Shown piece by piece: positions 24,300-38,565 of a stretch of DNA of 64,000 bases. The stretch comes from Podarcis melisellensis. Taxonomy: Eukaryota. The stretch is taken from the NCBI GenBank assembly GCA_964234715.1, contig OZ174280.1, one strand, 5' to 3'. Made by a program: the position numbers and the translations under genes. Position 1 is the stretch's first letter, and each line of letters starts with the position of its first letter. Under the pieces are notes generated by a model, which saw nothing but the letters and a program-made list of their open reading frames with translations, was not told the origin of the DNA and did not search any database.

Positions 24300-27200
24300 G
24301 TAGCAGATATCTGTGGGGCGCTTAACCCACTAATTCTTTCTTGCAAAACCCACCCCAAATTTCTTTGCACTGATTACCCCTGAGTCAGACTCTGAAACTA
24401 GAAGTGAGTTCAGTTATGGGGGGGAATTGTATTGGAGAGCAGATGGGGAGAAAATAATTGCATGAAATAATTGACAGATCTGGAGGAGTTGAGTCACTGC
24501 CATCCACTCTGAAGTGCTCTTGCCCAATCAACATGCAGTTAAGACTATGTTTTTGCTGAGCAAATGTCTAGGTTAAGTTTCAGTGCATTCCATAGCACAT
24601 CCCACCAAAGGATATATTCGAAGCCAAAGAAGAGAAAGATGCTGCCTTTCAGCAGTGAATCGGGTGGGGGGGTAGTGTTGCAAACACATGGTGCTTCCAC
24701 ATACCAGCCCCAGCACTGTCCCTTCCTGTCCCTCTTGCTCAGTCCCTGAAGCACCCACCCTCTTGCCCTTGAATGGCAGTAGAGGTAAGAGGGGGAGGTG
24801 ACTAGGACTTTTTGTCTGTAGTCTTGTTGGCCATGGGAACCTTGGGGTCCCCTTCCCACACTCTATTCTTTATATGGGGGAAGGCAGAGTAGTATGAGAA
24901 TGGTGAGCACCCCGAGACACCTTTAAGATGCTAGGATTCCTTAGACAGGTCCCTTTGAGCTGTGGGGTCCAGGGGGGAAGAAAGGAACCTCCTCTGAGGC
25001 TTGCACTAAAGCCATGGGACTTTGGAGGAATGTTAGGTTGAAGGAGATTCTTCAAGACCTAAAGGTATGACCTGCAAGTAATAAAGTGTTCCCAGTCTAG
25101 GGAAGGCTCAGGCTAACCCCCATAGCTTAGCTCTTGATGGGGAGGCTGCTAGCTGCCTCCCACCTCTGCCAGAACCTGCACAGTTCAAAATGGCTGCAGA
25201 TCTCATTTAATAAAATGGTGGCCCTAGTTATTCATTATCCATCTCTCTCCTCTTTCTTCTGGATATGGGAACAGTAGGGATCCTTCCAGAATCTGATTGG
25301 ATATTTCCACCTGATATTACCTGCTCTTGATTCTCAGATTTGTGATGGCTTCTCGCCAAAATTATGCTAAAACAAATATTTCCGGGTAAATATGATCTGA
25401 ATAGTTTCTATACAAGTGTGGCTGAACCCACATCCTTTGATGACTTCTCTAGAACAACTCAGGTTCATAGTGGGATTGTGTGTGTGTCATGGAAAACTGG
25501 AACTTGAACAAACTCTGCAGAATCAAAACCCAGGATTTAAATTTGGACTGCATTAGCACAACCAGCTGTAATCAAATGATTTTATATACAGTTACAACTG
25601 TAGTCACATATGTTTGGTCTGATTTTCAGAATCTTTTTCTGTGCAAAAATGCTAGCAATGAGCTAGTCTGGTATTTTCTAAAGTTTCCTAAATTTCTGTA
25701 CAAGTTTCATACTTTTAAAGTTACAGATAATTTCAGTGCAGCTAGCAGACACACACTTACACACCCACGTTGTGAGCTATTTGGTGAGAAGTAGTTATTG
25801 TGCATACAACAAATGCCAGAGGAAATTACAGAGCTCCTTCTTTTAAACATAGAAAATAACCTCAATCTCTTGAAGTGAGAAAGCAATAAATACAATGTGG
25901 CCCATAAAGTTGTACACCATAGGGTAAAGTACATCCTGAGAATAGATACCAATGGATGGATGCTGCTGTTTTCTAGCTAATATGCCCCTGTTGCATCATT
26001 TGCTGTTCAGTGACATTGAAGTATCTTGAAACAACCAGCCTGGATTGAATGATGAATGATGCAGCGCAGCTCGAAGGTTCAGCTCTTTCTTTTTTTAGCC
26101 TGGCAATTTGGCAGGGATTTGTTCCAAAAAAGTTTACCGCTGTTCCCAAAGTGCACCAGTCAGGGTTCAAGGTAAACAAAACTTTGCTGTTGATTCTTTT
26201 TGTACATAAACCACAGGACTTCACCTTCTTTCTGGCTACATAGCTGCCACTTCACTGTAGCAGAGGGCTAAGAGCTACAGAAACTTTGGTACCAAGAACT
26301 TTGAGCAAGGGTGCCCATGTAGCCATGCATCCCAGCATGGAATGCTTATCCCATCCCTGTCACTGCCCACACTGTGCCCTCCCTATCTGAGCTGCTGCCG
26401 CTGCCACAGATTGTGTTCCCAAATAAATCTAGGGACCCTATTCTTCAAGCATTACAAGAGCCCGTCACAGGGAAATATGCAACTGCTCCACTTCCATAAT
26501 CAGGACTTTGTGTTCCTCGGCTGACAGCGAAGGAGGAGGTAAATAGCTGCTTATTGCTTGGCTTCTCATTCCTCTGAAAAAGAGATAGCAGTGAAGTGAT
26601 GAGTTACACACCTGTCTTATTGAAGGTGAGAGCTTGTAGTGTGATTCTAACATTTTCTCCCTTTCTTATTCTGAAGGTTATTCTTGCAACTTTAATTGAG
26701 ATGATATATTAATAGCTGAAATATCTTTCACATTTTTCAGTGGATTTTCCAGAGCCTATCATTATTAACGTGTCAACAGGTCTTCTCTTTCTCTTCAGCT
26801 CCAGATGGTGGCCTGAGGTATTTTTATTTTTTTTACTTTAAAATTAGGTTGTTCATAAAATAATTATTATTAATAATAATAATGTTGACTCTTCTGTTAA
26901 CACCACTGCTTCAAATAAACTCAGCACCTTTCTTCCAATGTTGTTAATAAGGTAGCAGTGAAACTATAAGAATGAGGGGGCGGGCAGAATGCCTTGGTCT
27001 GTGTTGTCAGAATAAAGAAGGAGGTATCATACCCCCACCCAACTTTTTTATCCAAACTATTCTGGACTCATTGCCTCTTTACCCATACACAATGAAGTCA
27101 GGTTTAGATTAGGGATGTGTGATGGATTTCATTTCTGTGAATTCTGATGCAAACTACCAGGATCCACGCCTACTAGACTGATGTGCAGATTGAAACAAAA

Positions 27201-28227
27201 TTATAATTTGGATTTTGAACATCTCCAAATTGTGTGGTGCAATGCTTGGCTAAAGAATATATGCGCCAAAATGCATGCTTTAGGATACAACCTGTTTTAA
27301 AAGGTTTACACTGAGATAATATGTACATTCCTTTAGTAGTGCATCTGGTGCCATTCTAGTACAGGCAACTCCCCATTTAAGTGGGAGTTACATTCCAGGT
27401 CTCCACACGCATAAACAAAACTCACATAAGTGGAGAGCTTGCTGCAGTACATATAGCTTCCTGCCCAACAGCTGCTAAGTGGGGTAGTACAGCAGTAGCA
27501 AGAGCTTCCACATGCCATTTTGGAGCATTTGTTGTTTTGGCTCACTGCTGTCCCCTTCGGGCTCTGGGGAGGGTCTCCTTGTGAGCCACAAGACTTTCCA
27601 GCTCTCTCCCACCCTTTCAGGTTAGAACTGAATTATTTATGTATTCCCCAGTGCCACACATATACACGGTCACCTGCGAGTCAATAGCACATAAATTGTG
27701 GATGCCTTCTAGGAAATTATGAGTGTCTTTTAGGGATGGATGAATCTGTCAACTTTGGACAAATTAGAAACAGGGAGAAATACCAATCTTAAATCCAGTT
27801 TACCACATTTCTACATCACCTTGTGATTTTTAAAAAAAATCATCATCATTTTTAATTCGTCAGCATTGTAGTGCATATTCTAATATACTCAATTTAAATG
27901 TAACTTTGCCTATTTTATACATTTTTGCAAGCAGCATTTTAATGTATTTTTAATGAATTGACACAGTTTTATGCACTGTTTCTCCCAACGTTCCCATTTT
28001 TGTACATATGCTTTAGTTGGAAAGCTGTTCTGCAAAAATTGGGAGAAGTGTGAATTTTCAGGAAGGCCATAACACCAAGTGCCTTTCTGGTCGCAGGTCT
28101 TGATCTTGGTGAGTGAGTAAATGAATGAACAGGTCAAAATGCTGCTTATTTTGAATTTTCTCCAGCCATAGCAAGAAGCTACATCATGGACTACCATGTC
28201 CTCTAGGATTTGAGATCTCACCTAGAT

Positions 28228-28370
28228 CAGATGTGAGGAACCTGTGGCCCTCCTGATGTTGCTAGACTCCCACTCTCATCAGCTCCAGCCAGCCAGCCAG
28301 CTCAATAGTCAGGGATAATGGGAGTTGTAGTCCAATAACATCTGAAAGGCCGTCAATTCCGTAGTCCCAA
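28228..28370. mobile_element. short palindromic hAT-like MITE
   Basis: Inverted halves GGCCCTCCTGATGTTGCTAGACTCCCACTCTCAT / ATGGGAGTTGTAGTCCAATAACATCTGAAAGGCC. Confidence 0.7.
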
Positions 28371-30149
28371 TGCAGAAGCTTGATAAGGAGCTGGAGCGCG
28401 GTGGCTCTCACTCAAGTAATGCCAGGAAGAACAGGTGTTGTGCCTGTGTTGCTACAATAGACTAACAGAGAATACTTATTTAGTTTTAAATAAGTTTACC
28501 ATTGCTGCTGGTCTCTGTAAGTCCCTCAAGGCCACCATACAATTTACTGTAGATGGAAAACTTGGTCATAGCTTGGGATAACCTGGTGGCAACTTATTTT
28601 GAGTGCAATCTTTCTGTTTTGGACAGAAATATAACTGCACAGGGCAGCAAATGAACCACACTGCTGTATTGTCATAGCATTAGCTCAACAGCAAGCCAAG
28701 AGATATGTGTCATTATGTTAATGCACTTGTCTGCCTCAGAACAGTGTCCCCAGCACTCCTATCCATCATGTAAATGCCTTGCAGAAACAGTCTTCTGGAT
28801 TCTCTTTGTGTACTTGCTGTCACTGCTATGGGAAGTAATGGCCTGAAATCATTCACATCATTAGTTTTAATGGATTAGAACTGTGTCATTTAAGGTAAGG
28901 TACAGGTGCGAGTGGGCTTGCAGAGTGCATCTCTACCCACATGCCACTGGCTAGTGTTACTCTGAGGGTTAAAAAGAAAATGAAAAGAAGAAGAAGACAT
29001 TTTCCTCATCACCTTGGGAATGAAAGTGATGCATTTTCCAACTGTCCCCACTGGAGGTCAGTGGAACATTGTTTACCATTGTTTGCTAGAACAAAGAAAC
29101 TGCAAAACAGTGACATTTCAAGGGTGAATGTATATCTTTTTCAGTGTCTTTGTTATTGTACATCTACAGATAATTCTGTAAATTGTCCATAATGCCTAGT
29201 TTTAATGGTCACCATTCCATGCTTTATGGGACATTAAATCAGTGTTTGTTTTATTGGCATAATTGCTTATTTAGATGCACAGAAACTGCCAGAAAAGGTG
29301 CCCCCTTGTGCTCTCTAGGTGCTTGGGGTATAACTTAATAATATGCAAAACACAGTGGTGTGTTTTAAAATAATTCTCTAAAGTCAGAAAATGCATGGGC
29401 TCCTGCCCCCTATATTCGGTACTGTCTTCCCAACTAAGCCTGGTGCTCTAGAAAGAATGTCTCTCATGGCTGCATCAACTCTGTATCAGCAGTGTACTTG
29501 AAAATGGTGCTAATCATTGATGCAATAGCATTGCAGTACTTAATGACTGGAGCCAGGCAGTTCAGGGTGCAATCCTGTGAAGAGCATCTGAAACACAAAT
29601 AGAAATAAATTTGCTGAAGGAGGCAACATCAGGCATTGTAGGTGGCAGTGCCAGACATCATGAAAAAAACAAAGTAATGAAATAAAACTATAAAACAGGA
29701 GGTGTAGGGTACATTCAGAGATGGGGAATGTTGCATTTTCCTGGTTATCATGCTAGCACTCCTGTACCTGTTGTGTTATGGAGATGTGGCTTTTGGACTG
29801 ATATAAAAGCACATTTTGCTACATTCCATTCAGACCAGTGGGTGTGGTGTGGTACAACAGTGACTGTCATTGGATGTCGTTATTCCTCCATCGTCTCCAC
29901 ACATGTGTGCTTCTGTTCCTCCATCATTCAGCCAGGAAAATGGCAGGAAAGAACTGTGCGAACTCTTATGATTTTCCAGGTTAATGGGCTTGCAAATGGA
30001 TTTATTTATGGAGTCAAATAACACCAGCACCAATGGAGGTCATTTTTACATCACATGAAAGCTCAAATATAATGTGGAAATTAACACTTAGGGAAACGTC
30101 TTGAAAATGGAATTTAAACTGCCATTTATTCCTAAATCAGTGGTAGTGC

Positions 30150-30292
30150 TTTGCAATTCCTGGCACCTCCAGATAGAACTGGGAATCTCTTCTATCTGAA
30201 ATGCAGGAGAGCCCCCGCTGATCAAAATCTGAGCTAGATGGTTGAGTGGTAGGACTTCTAGAAATAGGGCAGTTTCCTATGTTCCTATGCTC
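30150..30292 (+). mobile_element. old tRNA-derived SINE, 5'-decayed
   Basis: CCTGGCACCTCCAG...GAGCTAGATGG...GGCAGTTTCCTATGTTCCTATG tail. Confidence 0.55.
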
Positions 30293-31238
30293 CTGTTAGG
30301 AACTATTTGTGTAACTGAGGGGTGACTGATGCCATTTCTTTTTTTCTGGCTAAGTAACCATCAAGATTTCTCCTTGCGCAACAGGACTCTTTCCTGCCCT
30401 GTACATGTACGCACACACACACGCACACACACATATTGTTCTCTCCTCATCTGCTCTGGGGGATGTTCAAATGGAGAAGAGGGGTGAATCCTGTGGCACA
30501 TGTGGAATTCCTTTCAATGGTGGGACTGTTACTTAGGGCTGTGTTGAATACAGTCCTCAGTAAATAATGTCTGATATCAGTGGTGTGGGACCATGCCATG
30601 GTAAAGCAGCTTCCATATTCCTGTAGCCAGGCATGAACTGAACCTCAGCAATAAAACACTTCTCCATACCTTCTAAGTCAAGATGTCAACATGGGGAGTG
30701 GGAGAACTGAACTGTCTTGTTTCGGCTCATGATGACTCGCTTATGAAACAGTAAAGGTTTAAAGATGAAGAAGCCTTAGAACAAGGACTAGCGATAACAT
30801 TAAGCAAATATAGCATTTGAATATGCTAGCCGAAGAAATGTGAATTTAGGCTATAGTGTGTTTGTATACTAAATGTATTTGAAACATAGCAAGCATTTTG
30901 TTCCTTTTCTGTGTGGTTTGCAAGTAGAAATTAATTAACTCCATTGATGATAATGAGGTTACTTCAGGTTTACGTCAACATTATGGTGAACAGAAGGTAG
31001 AACTGTTCAGCAAATGGTTTGAAAGTCTTTCTTGTACATGAATAAGCATTGAATGCACATTAGAAAGGAATGAAAGCCATTGTTATTGCTATTATTTAAC
31101 ACAGCTGTCTCTTATTTCCACTACATAATTCTTGTCTAAATGTACATAACGTCTCTTGCTTGCGAGCTGATAGAGCTCAGGTGACTGACTATGACTCACC
31201 AAGCAAAACAGGATTGCTGACATGAGAGGAAAGAACAG

Positions 31239-31567
31239 TGGGTTGAATCCATACCATTAGTTGCACTTAGTTCCCATTGAAATCAGTGGACAAATTCATG
31301 GAAGGTAAGACTATCAATGGCTAATAGTCATTATAGCTATACATTACCTTCAGAACCAGAGGCAGTATGCTTCTGAATACCAATAGAAGGGGACACACAT
31401 GTCCTACTTTTGTGCTTCTCATAAGCATCCATTCCCACAGGTGGTTGAGAACAGAATGCTAGACTACACGGGCTTTTGATCTGCTCCATCAAAGCACTTC
31501 TCATGACATTTGTTCCATCATTGCTGATGGCAACTAAGTGTGCCCAACTTAATTTGGATCCAACCCA
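31239..31567. mobile_element. PIF/Harbinger-like MITE containing a CR1 3' fragment (about 31300-31505)
   Basis: TIRs TGGGTTGAATCCA / TGGATCCAACCCA; internal GAGAACAGAATGCTAGACTACACGGGCTTTTGATCTGCTCCA is a CR1 tail. Confidence 0.5.
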
Positions 31568-34500
31568 GTTATTTATAGGAGGCTCTAATATAAGGTCATG
31601 TTCTCTGATATAATGGTAAAATATATCTGATCCAATGGGTTAGTGCTCATAGCCAGCCTTCAGGGAGAGGAAAGCCATAGTCCTAAACTAACATATAAGG
31701 CAGGAGAGTATTCTAGAGCTGTGCACAAATGATCCTTTGAAAGACTCCATCCTGTTGTGGACAGAAAAGTGGAGCGGAGGGAACTATTTCACCAAATTTA
31801 TCCAATGGATGGGCCCCACTATTAGCCATGACAGTAGCATAGCCTCTCTCCCCTGCCCCCGAGTTTTTGTTGTTGCTGCTACAGCAGACAACTGTGTTGT
31901 TTTGAATTCTCCACAATGCCCTGGACCTGCAGCATTTTGTAGCCACTGCCACAAAAAATGATGGAAAATATTCAAAGCTATCACTGCAGATCCATTTTCT
32001 AGTGGGTGGTGGTGAGAAAAAGAAAAATCACACCATTTTCCCCAGAAATACATCATCTGGGAAATTTTAGTTCAACTTTCAATTATCCTTCCCAGACACT
32101 ATGACTGCTTCTAAAATAATTCTGAGTGCACACTTAATCACTGTGCATAAATAAAAGCATATTAGGGAGCAACACTGACATGTGCCAGCTATGATAAAAC
32201 AATGAAGCCTCTTTTTTTTCCAATTGTCTAAGCTGTTATAGTTACCTGGCTTCTTAAATCTAGATAGAATGTGTCTAATAGCTCTAAGAAGGTGTTCCCA
32301 GAGAGTGGACAGCTTCTCTGTCCTTGAAAAATAACACTTCGTAGTGTCTGGGAAAAGATATACTAAATCAGAGAAGGAAGTTGTTGGAAGATTCTTCTCC
32401 TTTGGTAGAATTCATGTCTCACTTTCCATCGTCTGAGGCTGAAAATTCTTCCCCAACTTCAGTCATGCTCAAATTGAGCCATTGTTAAGGTGGTTCTACC
32501 TAGGTGACAAAATATTAGTGTAAGTATGGTGCTATAGATGTGAAAAAAGATGGCTTGGGACATTGAAGATGTAGGTTTGTAAGCATGTTGCATATTTGCA
32601 GTTGGGCACATATTTTGCAGTTTCCATATTAATACCCATATTCTGAGGGTTTTTTGCTCATTCCCTCCCCTTGCAGGAGCCAACAAAAATTGCAGAAAAT
32701 TATGAAGTTAGGGAAACATCACCTACATTTCGAATCTAATCTGGGGATGACATAAGTAAACACCCTGTCCTGATCTGATATGCAGACACTTAGAAAATGT
32801 ATTGCACCCAGCTTCCTTGGAAAAGCTGCTCTTTGGGAATTGGATGGACAATATAGGAAATGTAGAATCTTTTCATTTGTATGCCTGATTTTCTTTATTG
32901 GCATGACTCGAGGTAAATTTAGAAATAGTGCAGTAGCCAAGTGGGCAATTTGCCAACTGCTTTCACATGGGGAAAATAATACACAGGATCATAAGCAAAA
33001 CAACTCTTCATTATGATTCATGGATAATTTTGGGACACTTTAGCAACCAATTCATCCTGATTAGCCAATTAAATGCAGGAACCTATGTGCAACCCTGAAC
33101 CATAGAGTTTAGATCAATGCATTGAAATAATGAAAGACTGTCCTGGAAGAGAGATTGCTTGTTCTTGAGAGTATGCTAGGACTCAAGAAACACTCACATA
33201 ATCACTGTGAATGTGCAGCTTCTTTAACGACCTTGGCACCTGCTTAAATGTCTCCCAGTGAAATAAATGGAACTGATATACACACTTCTCTGAATATTCG
33301 TGTTATTTCAGAGTTGTTCAGCAATGGCACCATTTTTATTCCCATACTGCTGCATCTTTCCAGCACTTCTTTTCTGAACTTCATATTCTTAGCCTCATTT
33401 GACCTCACTTCTTTTTAGGCTGTGGGGTTGATGCATGTGGCTTTTCTTCACACTTGCCTTTGGGGGCATCACATCAGTTGTAGCGCGCTGTTGTCATTGA
33501 TGAAATAATGTCACCAATCATAATAAAGGGCCAGCGAGGGTAAATGAGTCTAAGGACAGTGTGGTCAAAGATGCAGAAGAAGAGCACATGGAAGAGGCAT
33601 GATGTAAGCCTGTTTGGCTCACTGTGCTTCTGTTGTACCAGCAGCTCTTCAAATCATGCTGGCAAAACCAACACTGTCCTGCATACAGAAGTTGTTATAA
33701 AGTCTCCAGAAGCATCACCAATAGGGGGAAAGTATTATTTGTTTAATAACACAGCTCAGCTTGCCGCTTTGTCAATGGAATCGTGCACATGAAATACTCC
33801 TTCCAAATGCTCAAGAACACAGCAGAGTTCTTCCTTTTTGGCTATAGTTTTAAAAGCATTCAGAGCACATTTCTGCCAGCACACCAGCAGGTTTCAGCGA
33901 GAGAACACACAATTGTAGTTAATTGATCATTTCCACAGAGAAGAAATTTAGAAGGACTTTCTAATTCGTGTCTTTTTTTTGACCGCTTTTAAGCATCTAA
34001 CAAAAGGCGTTCCTTTTCTTTTCGCTTGGGTTCTTCTTATTTCTATTTAAAATGATCTTCCCTGTCTGCAGTTACTTCTATTCGAGAGAAAAAGAAGAAG
34101 ATACCAAGTACGTTCTGATTTGGTATGCTTAATCTTCAACATTGTGAAACCATTCACAGTTTTGCAATTATATGCTAAATGGGCACCAAGGTCATTTTGT
34201 ACTCATCTGTGACTTTCTAATGAAAGGCACAGATGTCATTAAAAGCACAGTTCATTCTTTTTTAAAAAGCACGTCTTTGAACACACATTTATTCATGGGC
34301 TTCAGGAAATGTATATATAACACATTTGGTTGCCACTTTGCTTGAGCCAAATTACTTGTGCTCAGTGGTGTTTCTCTCTTTATATATTTGTTAGTTACAA
34401 AACCAAACCAAAATCCATATAAACCCAATAAAATCCAAGGGGTTAGAAGGTGAGCCACTGCGACAGCTGATGAATGCTGTGAGAGCCAGGAATTGGCTCC

Positions 34501-34906
34501 ATGGATGGTTCAAGAGCATTGTCATACACTAGCAGTTGAGTCCAGTTTTTGCTATAAGTAGCATGCTGTTGAGTGGCACATGTCACCCTGGAGTAGGAGC
34601 AGTGAGGAATGATAACCTTTCCAAACCCCATAGCATAGCGCAAAGACACTGGAAAATGTCTCTCTGTGTGTGACTTTCTTACAGGACAGCAGAGTTGATA
34701 ACAAAGGTTGTCTGCCCACAGAATTTCCCATTCAGTTAAATGGGAGTGTAAACCGAGCTGAGTCCACCACTGAAATGAATGGAAAAATCTACTTACATAG
34801 GCCTTAAGTGAGCACATCAGGATATTACATTTCAGGAATTCAGAACAATGAACTCACATCCCATTGGTTCCAATTGCATTTAAGTGACTGTGTCTTTATG
34901 ATAGAG

Positions 34907-34910
<4 letters not shown>

Positions 34911-34976
<66 letters not shown>
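34911..34976. repeat. (TC)n microsatellite
   Basis: 33 perfect TC units. Confidence 0.95.
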
Positions 34977-34979
<3 letters not shown>

Positions 34980-35464
34980 ATTTCTATACTGCCTTTTACC
35001 AAATAGTCACAGGACTTTCTTTTAAAAATGCCATAAATACATAATATAAAATATCGAAGCAGCAAGGTCAAACAAGACTAATATTAGTGAACCCTTAGCA
35101 AATGAGATGTGGAAGAAAGGGATGTGGAGGTGTGAAGAGAGAATACTTAGCAATGGCAAAGGGCAAGATTCCTTTGTAGGGGATTTTTGGGGGTTATTTA
35201 AAGGTTGGCTTGTGGGGTGCACTTTTTTTTGCTAACTCTGTTCTATTGAAAGGAGGCCTGCTGTTATGTCATTTGGCTGACTGGTTCATTCTTCTGGTCA
35301 CACTTAAGAGTGAGACCAGTGAAACCCCTGAGGTAACCCAACTATCTGTCCACCAGCCAACTCAAAGGGATGGGGGGAAGGGAGCTGCCCTTTGGCCCTC
35401 GATGCTGTAGTCCACTGAATGCTGGCCAGTGGGTCTAGGGTAGGGAAGCCAGGTGACCTTGTAG

Positions 35465-35612
35465 TTCACCTGCTTGTAGGCTTCCCACAGACATCTGGTT
35501 GGCCTCCGTGAGAGGTAAAGATAAAGGAAAAGGACCCCTGGATGATTAAGTCCTGGAGAAAAAGGATGCTGGTCTAGATGGGACTTGATCCAACAGGCTC
35601 TTCTTATGTTCT
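35465..35612 (+). mobile_element. CR1 3' tail interrupted by a ~40-bp antisense Sauria SINE tail (35513-35553)
   Basis: CR1 tail ends CTCTTCTTATGTTCT; the insert AGGTAAAGATAAAGGAAAAGGACCCCTGGATGATTAAGTCC is the reverse complement of the SINE end seen at 61313-61350. Confidence 0.65.
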
Positions 35613-35927
35613 CACTATTAGGTGAGCAGGCAATGATCCAGTGATCCAGGATCATTGATAGAGCTGGGGTGGGTGGATTTTGTCCAAAGGAAAGTGGATC
35701 CATCTCCATTGTTCATTAGATTGTATCTTTCTAACCACACATATGTGGGCAATGTTATTGCTCATTGCAGATCCTTCTAGTCAATAAAGAGTGACCCTTA
35801 CCCCCCATCTGGTCTCTTGCCTCAATTTGGGTGGGCGTGTTGCTATCTAATCTATCTATCCATCCATCTTATTTTTGCAAAGTTCCCACAGGACCCACTA
35901 CATGCCTAGTTTCCCAATCCCATAAGT

Positions 35928-36042
35928 CAGGGGGGTTGATGAGCTCCAGCTCCCATCAGCTCCAGCCAGCATGACCAGCAATCGGGGATTATGGGAGTTG
36001 TAGTCCATCAACATCTGGAGGGCCACAAGTTCATCAACCCTG
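35928..36042. mobile_element. short palindromic hAT-like MITE, left arm partly deleted
   Basis: CAGGGGGGTTGATGAGCT / AGTTCATCAACCCTG ends; ATGGGAGTTGTAGTCC core. Confidence 0.7.
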
Positions 36043-38319
36043 CTTAAATACTGAGATTTTTTTTAAGCCACTTGCAATGTGGGTCAGGGGATGCTGTGTG
36101 TGATTCAGAAATGACAGAAAGCTCCACACTGTACATCACACCTCCATGGATAGTCCTCTGGACTGTGTTCCTGGTCTTAATATTAGATTCTTTTAAGGCA
36201 ACTATCAGCATTCTCTGGGGAGGAAAAGCATTTAAATAATCACTTTCGTTTGTGAAATTCTGGTGATGATTTCCCCACAAATAACTATATTATGAACTCC
36301 TTCCAGTCCCTCCCCCCCACAATGTGTTTGACCTCCTCCAGCTGCTCTCTTCGCAACCCCCTCTCCCACTTTAAAACCTTCCCTTTAATTGCTTGCATTA
36401 ATGCCCCGAGGTTCTGTGAGAGAAGCTACAGAAACCTTGATTTTATTTTCCCAAGGAAGCAATTACAAATCTGGGTTAATATGAAATCAAGTTGTTTGTA
36501 AATGCAACTGTTTAAAGTTTGCCTCCAGGGAAATCATGCAAAAATAGGGCATTTTCTACCATTTGGATCTGTGCCAGTCAGCCAGCTCCACCTATGCTAT
36601 AAATCAGATCATCAATTACAATCTGAAGAACATGGCATATGCATTTAAAGAAACATGTTTAGCCAGAAAGTTTTTAATAATAGGATGAGTCTTTCTTTCA
36701 TGGGAAACAATCCTGTAGTTTACCTGCACCTTGATAAAGCAAGATGCAGCAGGTTGTGACTACCTGACATTTCTGAAGCAGCCACACTTTTAAGGCAAAA
36801 CAAAGCCATACAGAAGAAACTGAATGAATTGATGGTGGGCCCTTAGATTGGTGGGTTTTTAGGTATTTGTGGCCTCTTTCGGAATGCCTTTTATTTTTCA
36901 TAGGCAGAGGCAATTCAGAGCAAGGGCAATTTTTCCTTCATTGTATTGACCTCACTCCGAATTACCATAATTTCCCCACAGCTCCATGATCACATAGCCA
37001 ATTCTTATGGACTACTCAGCATTGTGATGCCACCATACTCATTACATGACCCCTGATTGAGTGAGATCACCTAGTGAAGAAAAGTTGTTAAAGCTGGTAG
37101 TGAAGCTGTAGCAGAACTGGAGAACAGTGTTTGTGAACTGCTATGAAAAGAAAGGAGGAAAAGGCACATTTAAGCATGGGGGGAGAGGTGTTAATTCACA
37201 CACATCTGCAAAAGTCCTGCTTTCACTTATTCGTGAGTGAATATTCAGCTCAGGTCTAACTTAGAATAAAAGGAGATAAGAACATGAGCGCATTTTCTTC
37301 TCAATGCTAAACATTTTTTTTTTTGCATTGATTTCCCCACACATTCAGGAAAGTTTTATATTATAGGCCTCTTGATGATGGCTGGAACAGGAGAGACCTT
37401 GAAACCTTTGAATTAAATATGATCCAAATTTACAGCTGAGTGAAGGATGAAAGATTAATAGGGTTTTCTTTCAGTGTGCTGTAAATCTGAAACTCTGGCG
37501 CTGGTTGCAGTGGTAAATTTCAAGCACCCAACTCTTAGTCATGAGCAAGCAGAGTGCACCAGGTTGCCATTATAAGCCTGTAGCACAGAATTATTCCAGT
37601 AGCAGTTTATATGGGGAAGAAACTGAAGGATAAATCATCCTCGGGTATAAGCCTTGCCCTATCCCTTGAGTCCTTGATATTATAATCTTTGACATCTCAT
37701 CCTCCATCTATCTGGCCCCGCTCAGAGCCCTTGACCTAATCTTTCCTGTAGTCCTTGATTCAACAAAATTCTCTACATTTATTGCAGCTCAGCCTGTGCT
37801 GTTGCATTTTGCAGCCAATCAAAACATTTGTTTCAATCTGGAAACAAACCTTTTCCATTTTCTGTAGCTTGAATGTCAAGCTGAGCCTCAAGCCATTTCT
37901 TCTGAGCTCAAATTCTAAGGAATCTCGCTTTTATTTTTTTAACACTGTACTTGCAAAGTTCTTGCTGATTAGTCATTAGTAAATTTGTTATTGTGAACCA
38001 AATAGGCAAATTAGTGGGCAGTGGGTTTCCCTAAGAAGCACTCAAGGCATGTGTTATGTTAGGATGGTGGGGATATTCTCATAATGCTAATATTGGAGCA
38101 TCCGTTTGTTTAATCCCAACATTAACCATGCAAGCTCACATAGTAATGCTTGGTAGCTCTGCCATAAGTGTGGGATACTTTCCACTCTGCAGCCCATACC
38201 CCACAGACCTAGTATGAGTGGTTGGCTAGGTCAGGCACTGGACTACTGGCGAAGGACCCCAAGGCTCAAAAGGGACCAGCCTACCACCGACTTGAACTCA
38301 GCCCCTCAGGCTGGAAGGA

Positions 38320-38565
38320 TGCCATCTTCATTCTCTGTGGCAGCCCCTAACTTGTGGAACTGCATCCCCACAGATGTGCATCTGGTGCCTTCATTATAAA
38401 GCTGAAGAGGCACCTCTTTACCCTGACTTTTTTGGACCCACCTTATTTTTTAGGGTTGTCAATTGTTGTCAATTGCTTTTAATACTGTTTTAAATGCTGC
38501 AACCCACTCTGGGACCTGAGGGTGAAGGAAGAGAAGTCAAATCACCATCATCACCATCATCATGA
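38320..38565 (+). mobile_element. L2 LINE 3' end
   Basis: ORF track reads SFSVAAPNLWNCIP (L2 AFSxAAPxLWNxLP motif), followed by a T-rich UTR and CAT-rich tail. Confidence 0.7.
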
